64,000 nt of DNA from Candidatus Magasanikiibacteriota bacterium (lineage in GTDB: Bacteria; Patescibacteriota; Patescibacteriia; Magasanikbacterales; GWA2-37-8). The number at the start of each line of letters is the position of its first letter. Positions within the stretch are counted from its first letter, which is position 1. The stretch spans positions 291,569-355,568 of the forward strand of contig JAPLWQ010000003.1 of assembly GCA_026396515.1 (NCBI GenBank), read 5' to 3'. Shown here one piece after another: positions 57,670 through 64,000 of this stretch. Both the position numbers and the translations under genes were made by a program. The notes beneath the pieces were generated by a model. The model had not been told where the DNA came from. It was given only the letters and a program-made list of their open reading frames with translations, and ran no database searches.

Positions 57670-58359
57670 TTAATTATTCTTAAAAAATAAAAGTATTAAA
57701 TTTTGTATTTCCCCATCATTATTCTGTTGTTTTGTGTCCGAAATATGACCTAAGCGATCTTGATAAAAAAATTTAACTTTCCCAAAATCATTTAAAAATG
57801 CAAAAGACTGTTCATCAATATTAAAATGCTTATGGTGAGGATTGTCGCCGTCTTTCTCTTTATAAGGAACACTGGCTATTAAAATTTTTTTTGTAAAATT
57901 TAAAAGTTTATCAAAAATTTCGACCAATGGTCGCTCCAAATGTTCAACGGTCTCAAAGGATACTACTATATCTGCCAAAATAGAATTACTGAAGAAATCA
58001 TTCAGCACAAACTGAACATTGTTTCGGTGGCTATAGTTTTTTCGAGCATAATTAATGGCTTCCTGTGACATATCTACACCCGTAGCATATTTACCATGGG
58101 TGGCTAACTGCTCCGTCCCATATCCCGTTCCACAAGCGATGTCCAATACATCATCATTTTTATTGACGTAGTTAATTGCAAACCTATAGCGTGGTAAATG
58201 GTTGTTATCAATGCTGCCAATTTTACCAAATAACTTTGGATCAAATCTTTCTCCGTTATTTAATATGCAATTATAAATTTTCATTCTAGTTGGTCTAAAA
58301 ATGTTTATTCTACGCAAAATAAATCTATAACATCTTTGTATAAAATTTTTAATATTCAT
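57670..58359 (-). CDS. Class I SAM-dependent methyltransferase
   Basis: H..RY.FA, VLDIACGTGYG, SFETVEHL, NPHH. ATG at 58359 inferred. Confidence 0.85.
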   Translation of the reverse strand: MNIKNFIQRCYRFILRRINIFRPTRMKIYNCILNNGERFDPKLFGKIGSIDNNHLPRYRFAINYVNKNDDVLDIACGTGYGTEQLATHGKYATGVDMSQEAINYARKNYSHRNNVQFVLNDFFSNSILADIVVSFETVEHLERPLVEIFDKLLNFTKKILIASVPYKEKDGDNPHHKHFNIDEQSFAFLNDFGKVKFFYQDRLGHISDTKQQNNDGEIQNLILLFFKNN

Positions 58360-58396
58360 AATATATAATGTTGCGGTAAAACTGAAAAATATTTTT

Positions 58397-59662
58397 TTAA
58401 ATTTGATAAGTATCCCAGTCAAATGACGGTCTCAGAATACTACCGTAGCCACCAAAATAATCACCTCTGACTTTTTGGCCATCCTGCAGTTCAAAATGCA
58501 ACACATCCGGAATCGTTTTAATATCTAAAAAATTCCTGCCAAAAATATTAATATTCAAATTCAACCAACCATTATTCAAAAAACACCCTGGAATTTTACA
58601 AATACTTTTATATCTTCCAAGAGGCATCGGCTTCCCATACCAAGATTGTTCCTTATTGTTTATCGAACTTAATATGCAATTACCATTAATATCATACAAA
58701 ATTGCTGTCATACCAAAGTATGCTCCTTCCACTTTTATATCATATTCAATTTCTATATTAAATGGGTCATCTATACTCAAACTTTCTACTATTTTTTCAT
58801 TTTCATCTGTGATTCTCACAGATCGAATAGCGGCATCACTATTACTTGGTGCAATATTTATATTATCCCACTCTTTTTCAAAAACGTTAGTACTCAAATT
58901 ATTTATGTATTTTTCAATAGATACAGAAGCGGAGTCATCACCGACCAGCCTTCCTTTTTCAAGCGTGATGACTCGCCTACATAATGAACGAATGGCCCCC
59001 ATATTATGACTAACAAATAAGATAGTTCGACCCTCTTTTTTGGTAACCTCGTCCATTTTACCGAGACATTTTTTCTGGAATTCAGCATCTCCAACCGCCA
59101 GTACTTCATCAATTACCAAAATTTCCGGCTCCAGGTGCGCGGCGACAGCGAACGCCAAACGAACATACATACCGGATGAGTATCTCTTGACCGGTGTATC
59201 TAAAAATTTTTCAATTCCAGCAAAATCCACTATTTCGTCAAATTTTTTTTCAATTTCTCTTTTTCTCATTCCTAAAATGGCGCCATTTAAATATACGTTC
59301 TCACGTCCGGTCAATTCCGGATGAAAACCAGTACCAATCTCAAGTAGACTCCCTACTCTGCCATTCAACTTAATTTCGCCTGTAGTAGGCGGGGTTATTT
59401 GTGATAAAAGTTTTAGTAGAGTGCTTTTCCCGGCGCCATTGCGGCCAATTATACCGAGTACTTCGCCCGGCTCAACAGAAAAATTAATGTCTTTAAGCGC
59501 CCAAAATTCACTATCAGATACTTTTGTGGGTGAATGGCGCGAGCGTAGCCAACGAACGGGCGCCTTAACAATTGCGGACAAAGTATCTCGCAAAGCCAAA
59601 TAAGGCTGTCGTTCACCAATCTGATATTTCTTCGATACATTTTTTACTTCAATAATGGGCAT
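58397..59662 (-). CDS. wzt: Polysaccharide ABC transporter ATP-binding protein with C-terminal carbohydrate-binding domain
   Basis: FWALKD, GRNGAGKST, YSSGM, DEVLAVGD..FQ.KC, Wzt_C extension. The start could instead be 59677. Confidence 0.93.
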   Translation of the reverse strand: MPIIEVKNVSKKYQIGERQPYLALRDTLSAIVKAPVRWLRSRHSPTKVSDSEFWALKDINFSVEPGEVLGIIGRNGAGKSTLLKLLSQITPPTTGEIKLNGRVGSLLEIGTGFHPELTGRENVYLNGAILGMRKREIEKKFDEIVDFAGIEKFLDTPVKRYSSGMYVRLAFAVAAHLEPEILVIDEVLAVGDAEFQKKCLGKMDEVTKKEGRTILFVSHNMGAIRSLCRRVITLEKGRLVGDDSASVSIEKYINNLSTNVFEKEWDNINIAPSNSDAAIRSVRITDENEKIVESLSIDDPFNIEIEYDIKVEGAYFGMTAILYDINGNCILSSINNKEQSWYGKPMPLGRYKSICKIPGCFLNNGWLNLNINIFGRNFLDIKTIPDVLHFELQDGQKVRGDYFGGYGSILRPSFDWDTYQI

Positions 59663-59666
59663 ATTA

Positions 59667-60485
59667 TTAAATGACATCAGCAAAATATCTTTCGACTTTT
59701 TTGAAATATAGGTAACCAACAATACAATATACAATCATTGAAATCGCCGAGACACCCAGAAGCAGCCAGTCTATATCGCGCGTTCCCAATACTCCAGCGC
59801 GTACTGCGTCAATAATTCCCGACATTGGGTTGAGCCCAAGTATCCATCTGTACTGAGCCGATACGATGCTAACGGGATAAATAACCGGAGTTATAAAAAG
59901 AAGCAATTGAATAAAAAAAGGCAGGATAAATCGCACGTCGCGATATTTTACGTTTAGAGAAGCAAGCAGCAACCCGATACCAAGGGTTGAAAAAACTGTC
60001 ATAACTATTAGTAGTGGCAACAATAGCAGCCCAATTAACGAGGGGCTAAAATGATAAACGAACATCATCACCGCTAAAATTATAGAGGCTACTAAAAAAT
60101 CAATAATATTTGTGATGATTGCAGAAGTAGGAAGAATAACACGCGGAAAATATATTTTCGTTACTATTTTTTCATTATCAATGAATGAATTGCTGGCGTG
60201 CGAAAGTCCAGCGGAGAATAATGTCCAAAAAAGAAGACCGGAATAAACAAATATGGGATAAGGAATCCCATCAGACGGCATTTTGGCAAATTTGCCGAAA
60301 AAAATCGTAAAAACAATCATCGTGATCAGTGGCTGAAAAATGGCCCACAACGCACCTACTGTGGTCTGTTTATATCTGACCTTAACATCGCGCCAGGTTA
60401 AAAAATAGAATAGGTCTCGAAATAACCAAATTTCTTTCCAATCAAACTGCCACCACTTATTTTTTGGTTTGATGACTATTTCCAT
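59667..60485 (-). CDS. wzm: Polysaccharide ABC transporter permease
   Basis: RD.KVRYKQT..G..W, KIYFPR, YRD, NPM, E..FADVI. Confidence 0.93.
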   Translation of the reverse strand: MEIVIKPKNKWWQFDWKEIWLFRDLFYFLTWRDVKVRYKQTTVGALWAIFQPLITMIVFTIFFGKFAKMPSDGIPYPIFVYSGLLFWTLFSAGLSHASNSFIDNEKIVTKIYFPRVILPTSAIITNIIDFLVASIILAVMMFVYHFSPSLIGLLLLPLLIVMTVFSTLGIGLLLASLNVKYRDVRFILPFFIQLLLFITPVIYPVSIVSAQYRWILGLNPMSGIIDAVRAGVLGTRDIDWLLLGVSAISMIVYCIVGYLYFKKVERYFADVI

Positions 60486-60491
60486 AAAAAA

Positions 60492-60737
60492 TTACCAATT
60501 TTTAGTTGCTTCAACTGTTTTCCGTTTTATCTTCTGGTACAGGTTCGTCGCCTTTGTATCTACCACCGGAGAAAGCATTTTTAACAATTCGTGACCAAAA
60601 ATACGGTATTGTTTGCCGATCTTATTCGCCTTAAGCAGGCCCCTCTTTAGCAAGCGCTTCATCGTACTATTGCTGACCTTTAGAAGCTTTTCAGCCTCCG
60701 CGGTCGTATAAACCTCATTTGGATTGATTTCCGGCAT
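60492..60737 (-). CDS. Excisionase/BldC-like HTH_17 DNA-binding protein
   Basis: YTT.EA..LLKVS..T..R....G.L.A.KIG.QYRI; its stop lies 6 nt before the wzm start. Confidence 0.85.
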   Translation of the reverse strand: MPEINPNEVYTTAEAEKLLKVSNSTMKRLLKRGLLKANKIGKQYRIFGHELLKMLSPVVDTKATNLYQKIKRKTVEATKNW

Positions 60738-60749
60738 ATAAGTGATTTC

Positions 60750-60998
60750 TACCTCACCCTAACCCTCTCCTTGGAAAGGAGAAGGAAATGCTGCATTTTA
60801 GGCTGATTTTAGACAAAATTTATATAACACTTGTATTATACCAGTAGGTGTCAGTAAGTGTCAAAGGGTGTCATTTAGAGTTATCCACAGGGTTATGTAT
60901 CAAAGATACGCCAATTTTACCTCACCCTAACCCTCTCCTTATAAAGGAGAGGGAAACGACTCCCCCTCAACCCCCCCCTCTTATCTAAGAGGGGGAAA
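60750..60998. repeat. REP/BIME-like palindromic repeats, cluster 1
   Basis: Type A (TACCTCACCCTAACCCTCTCCTT-N-AAGGAGA.GG) at 60750-60788 and 60917-60956; type B (GACTCCCCCT..CCCCCTCTT-N-AAGAGGGGG) at 60958-60998. Confidence 0.85.
60835..60880 (-). promoter_or_regulatory. Promoter of the HTH_17-wzm-wzt operon overlapped by 10-bp-phased direct repeats
   Basis: Minus strand TTGACA (60859-60864), N18, TATAAT (60835-60840) with extended TG. Plus strand reads CAGTAGGTGT CAGTAAGTGT CAAAGGGTGT CATTTAGAGT. Confidence 0.8.
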
Positions 60999-61006
60999 CA
61001 TAAAGT

Positions 61007-61957
61007 CTATAAAGAGTGAGAGTACCACTCGTAAGCCAATCGGAGCCCGGTTTGAAGATCAATTTTGCTATTCCAGCCCATATTCCTAATACGCGACACA
61101 TCAAGAAGTTTTTGCGGGGTGCCGTCCGGTTTTGAAGTATCCCAGACGACGTCACCTTTAAAACCCGAAATATCAACTAATAACCCAACTAATTCCTTTA
61201 TTGAAACATCCGTTCCGGTGCCGAGGTTAACAAATATCTCTCCCCTATCGTTTTGTTCCTTGGTAGGATTAAAATTATTCATTAAAAAAACACAGCCGTC
61301 AGCCATATCATCAACAAAAAGGAACTCGCGACGAGCTGCGCCCGTGCCCCATACTTCAACGGTTGGCACACCGGATGTTTTCGCTTCGTAAAACTTTCTA
61401 ATTAGCGCCGGAATAACATGTGAATTTTGCTTGTCAAAATTGTCATTCGGACCGTACAAATTTGTGGGCATCACAGCGATAAAATTTGTGTCATACTGCC
61501 GGTTATAACTCTGGCACATCTTTATGCCGGCGATTTTGGCAATAGCGTACGGTTCATTGGTTGATTCCAACGATCCAGTAAGCAGATACTCTTCCTTTAT
61601 TGGCTGAGCGCAATCGCGCGGATAAATGCATGAAGAGCCGAGAAATAAAAGTTTCTTCACACCGCTTACATACGCTTGATGGATAATATTATTTTGTATC
61701 TGCAAATTTTCGTAAATGAACTGCGCCGGATAGGTGTTGTTGGCAAGAATTCCTCCAACTTTGGCGGCGGCCAAAAAAATGTACTCCGGTTTTTCAGATG
61801 CAAAAAAATCAGCTACAGCGCGCTGATTGGTTAGATCCAACTCCTCAAAAGTACGATAAACTAAATTTGAATAGCCGTCAGATTGCAATTTGCGAACTAA
61901 GACTGAGCCGACAAGACCGGTGTGGCCGGCGATGTAGATTTTAGATGTTTTTTCCAT
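61007..61957 (-). CDS. fcl: GDP-L-fucose synthase
   Basis: AGH.GLVGS, AAAKVGGI.AN, LGSSCIYP, YAIAKIAG, PTNLYGP.DNF, WGTG..RREF, KPDG. Confidence 0.96.
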   Translation of the reverse strand: MEKTSKIYIAGHTGLVGSVLVRKLQSDGYSNLVYRTFEELDLTNQRAVADFFASEKPEYIFLAAAKVGGILANNTYPAQFIYENLQIQNNIIHQAYVSGVKKLLFLGSSCIYPRDCAQPIKEEYLLTGSLESTNEPYAIAKIAGIKMCQSYNRQYDTNFIAVMPTNLYGPNDNFDKQNSHVIPALIRKFYEAKTSGVPTVEVWGTGAARREFLFVDDMADGCVFLMNNFNPTKEQNDRGEIFVNLGTGTDVSIKELVGLLVDISGFKGDVVWDTSKPDGTPQKLLDVSRIRNMGWNSKIDLQTGLRLAYEWYSHSL

Positions 61958-61963
61958 AAATGA

Positions 61964-62169
61964 TTACCTCACCCCAGCCCTCTCCTTGAAAAGGAGAGGA
62001 AAATGACTCCCCCTTAGTCCCCCGCTTCATAAGAGGGGGAAATTACCTCACCCTATCTCTCTCCTGTAAAAGGAGAGAGAAATTCGACTCCCCCTTTGTC
62101 CCCCTCTTCATAAGAGGGGGTATATGCCTACTCTGACCCCCTCTTGTTAAGAGGGGGGAATTACCTCAC
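61964..62169. repeat. REP/BIME-like mosaic, cluster 2 (A-B-A-B-B-partial A)
   Basis: Alternating type A (61964-62003, 62043-62082, partial 62161-62169) and type B (62005-62042, 62086-62120, 62137-62160) hairpin units. Confidence 0.88.
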
Positions 62170-63114
62170 TTTCGCTTTAGAGGCGTCGCCCAAAAGAAAT
62201 TCCACTTCTGCCGGACGATAATATTCCGGATCAATCTCGATAATAACATGGCCCGTCTTCTTATCAATCCCTTGCTCCTTATCCCCACTCCCCTGCCATT
62301 CCAACTCAAAGCCAAAATATTTTGCCGCTTCTTCGGCAAACTCGCGTACGCTGTGCGTTTCGCCGGTAGCGATAACAAAATCATCCGGCTTGTCCTGCTG
62401 GAGCATCAACCACATTGCTTCTACATAATCCTTGGCATAACCCCAGTCGCGTTTGGCATCCAAATTTCCCAGATACAACTTCTCCTGTTTACTAGCTTTG
62501 ATTTGCGCAAACGCATGAGTTATTTTTTTGGTTACAAATGTTCCGCCGCGTCGAGGCGATTCATGATTGAACAAAATGCCGTTGCAGATGAACATGCCGT
62601 ATGACTCACGATAATTCACGGCGATATAATGCGCGTAAACCTTGGCACAGCCGTACGGACTGCGCGGATAAAAAGGAGTGGTTTCTTTCTGCGGTGATTC
62701 CTGAACTTTACCGAACATTTCCGATGAGCCGGCCTGATAAAACTTGGTTTTTAAGCCAGTGTCCCTGATGGCGTCAAGTAAACGCAGTGTTCCCAGCCCA
62801 TCCGCGTTTCCGGTGTATTCTGGCAGTTCAAAACTCACCTTAACATGGCTTTGCGCTCCCAGATTATATATTTCATCCGGTTGAACTTTTTCCAAAATTC
62901 GGTTCAAATTACTGGAATCAGTCAAGTCGCCGTAATGCAAAAACAGCCGGACGTCTTTGTTGTGCGGGTCTCTATACAATTGGTCAATTCTTTCGGTATT
63001 AAAACTGCTGGAGCGGCGAATAATGCCGTGCACTTCATATCCCTTTTCTAAAAGCAACTCTGCAAGATATGAGCCGTCCTGACCGGTTATACCGGTAATG
63101 AGAGCTTTTTTCAT
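62161..63114 (-). CDS. gmd: GDP-mannose 4,6-dehydratase, C-terminally truncated (possible pseudogene)
   Basis: [47 protein letters not shown]. Ends abruptly at [11 protein letters not shown] where the repeat begins. Confidence 0.9.
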   Translation of the reverse strand: MKKALITGITGQDGSYLAELLLEKGYEVHGIIRRSSSFNTERIDQLYRDPHNKDVRLFLHYGDLTDSSNLNRILEKVQPDEIYNLGAQSHVKVSFELPEYTGNADGLGTLRLLDAIRDTGLKTKFYQAGSSEMFGKVQESPQKETTPFYPRSPYGCAKVYAHYIAVNYRESYGMFICNGILFNHESPRRGGTFVTKKITHAFAQIKASKQEKLYLGNLDAKRDWGYAKDYVEAMWLMLQQDKPDDFVIATGETHSVREFAEEAAKYFGFELEWQGSGDKEQGIDKKTGHVIIEIDPEYYRPAEVEFLLGDASKAKVR

Positions 63115-63115
63115 A

Positions 63116-64000
63116 CTATTTTTTTGTTGCCGTAGGCGTTGTTGTAGCCGGCGGAAATACTTGTGCCAGTGCGGCATTATCTTGGTCGTTGAATATTACG
63201 CCATTTTTTTCAGCCAGAGCCATTACTTCATTCGCCTTATCCATCTTGCCGGATAATTTGTACAAATATGCCAAGCGCCAATAGCTTTCACCGATGCTTG
63301 AATTATCAGAAATTGCTTGTTCAAGTAATTTGACCCCCAGATCCGTCTGGCCCATTTGGTATTTAAGCATGGCGAGCGAATACATCACCTGCTGGCGTCT
63401 CGGCGAATAGACAAGAGCTTTTTCCAAATACATATTTGCTTCGGAAAGATACTGCCCGCTATTATCTAAATATGCTTTTAGCTGAGCAATCTGCGCTAAA
63501 CTAATAAAATTTCTGATATCCAGCGGGTGAAGAACAGTATTTTTCAACAACTCCGCATAACAAATATCATTAATTTGTTTTGCCAGGTCACTATTGATAT
63601 TTTGCCCTGCAGAAAACAATAGCTGAGAGGCAGTACGGCTAAGGTCGCTCCGTATATCATCAATATGCGGTGAAACAAAGGAGACCGCATCTTTCATTTT
63701 TTCCAGACCCAGCACGGGGTCGGTTGATAAGCCCTTAATAGCGTCCAAAGTTTTCATATTAGCGCGGGCCGGCTGAATATTGCAGACAAAGATTACGATA
63801 AATGTGATCAAGGCCATTGTTGAGATGATGCCTGGCCCGATTTGGCGGTCCGGAGTACCAGGGCTTTCAGCCAGATTGCTTCGTCGCTCTGATCCTCGCA
63901 ATGACAAGTTTGATGCTTCAGTACGCGTGGCGAGAGAATTAATCATTGCCAGCCAAAACATAAAATACAAATATGACGTAATATTCTCAAACACGGTAAT
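63116..64000 (-). CDS. C-terminal part of a membrane protein with TPR repeats (probably O-antigen-ligase/TPR type); 5' end outside the window
   Basis: Frame open to the window edge; 'FE...SY...F' TM end, a further TM, then TPR-like helices (LEKAL..SP.RQ; [15 protein letters not shown]). Confidence 0.6.
   Translation of the reverse strand: MTVFENITSYLYFMFWLAMINSLATRTEASNLSLRGSERRSNLAESPGTPDRQIGPGIISTMALITFIVIFVCNIQPARANMKTLDAIKGLSTDPVLGLEKMKDAVSFVSPHIDDIRSDLSRTASQLLFSAGQNINSDLAKQINDICYAELLKNTVLHPLDIRNFISLAQIAQLKAYLDNSGQYLSEANMYLEKALVYSPRRQQVMYSLAMLKYQMGQTDLGVKLLEQAISDNSSIGESYWRLAYLYKLSGKMDKANEVMALAEKNGVIFNDQDNAALAQVFPPATTTPTATKK
63873..63906. repeat. Short palindromic element, copy 2 (inside the TPR membrane-protein gene)
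   Basis: AGATTGCTTCG-N10-CCTCGCAATGACA; encodes [12 protein letters not shown]. Confidence 0.75.

Noticed and set aside
2297-60737. Integrase plus excisionase-like gene as the ends of a prophage or ICE
   Set aside because: The interval is full of core genes (r-proteins, gltX, alaS, dnaB). The recombinase is Xer-like with no arm-binding domain, and no phage or conjugation genes or att repeats were seen.
53812-60889. DnaA boxes as oriC
   Set aside because: Only single boxes 7 kb apart, with no cluster and no dnaA or dnaN; the dif-like site argues instead for the terminus region.
61964-62169. Repeat cluster as a CRISPR array
   Set aside because: The units are degenerate, alternate between two types, have no unique spacers of constant length, and no cas genes are present.
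143-63051. Numerous 60-130 aa antisense or alternate-frame ORFs in the ORF track (e.g. 2557-2958, 8789-9163, 26804-27222, 34573-34836, 62248-62604)
   Set aside because: They overlap well-supported genes and show no recognisable motifs; treated as shadow ORFs.
63114-63177. N-terminal extension of gmd given in the ORF track
   Set aside because: It overlaps the upstream gene's 3' end; the conserved Gmd start MKKALITG begins at 63114.
1-64000. Alternative genetic code (UGA=Gly, as in Gracilibacteria/Absconditabacteria)
   Set aside because: Conserved genes are full length under code 11, and TGA serves as a real stop (e.g. the M23 gene, the Memo-like gene and def).

Overview
Bacterial chromosomal segment, standard genetic code, AT-rich and gene-dense. 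It is most consistent with a Patescibacteria/CPR (Parcubacteria-like) genome; this is an inference from the C-terminally truncated AlaRS, the orphan VirD4-like ATPase, the near-absence of Shine-Dalgarno sites and typical CPR surface-protein repeats. The left two-thirds is housekeeping: alr, ftsQ-like, a tyrosine recombinase, M23 peptidase, gltX, clpB, a D,D-carboxypeptidase fusion, priA-def-fmt, a small Wzx-type glycan cluster, the infA-rpmJ-rpsM-rpsK-rpsD-rpoA-rplQ-rplM-rpsI operon, alaS, mnmA, dnaB, ybaB-recR, rplU and rpmA. The right ~24 kb is a minus-strand surface-glycan locus (gmd/fcl, wzm/wzt, an L-QuiNAc/L-FucNAc-type pathway, GT2/GT4/GT11 transferases, two AsnB-like amidotransferases, four methyltransferases, ugd). 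Most notable signals: (1) a symmetric 11/13-6-11/13 dif-like site between the promoter and start codon of the lone Xer recombinase, a candidate single-recombinase, self-regulated Xer/dif module; (2) a BldC/Xis-like HTH_17 gene heading the wzm-wzt glycan operon, whose consensus promoter is covered by 10-bp-phased direct repeats; (3) several families of short palindromic or tandem repeats inserted in frame into proteins (five in mnmA), plus a BIME-like mosaic that truncates gmd; (4) an RNAP alpha subunit with no alphaCTD and a PriA with no helicase motifs; (5) candidate structured RNA leaders upstream of rpmJ and of a tandem CxxC-x17-CxxC/RGG protein; (6) a variant CIRCE with compensatory changes at clpB. 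No rRNA, tRNA, CRISPR array or transposase was seen. All calls come from reading the sequence by eye; no searches were run.
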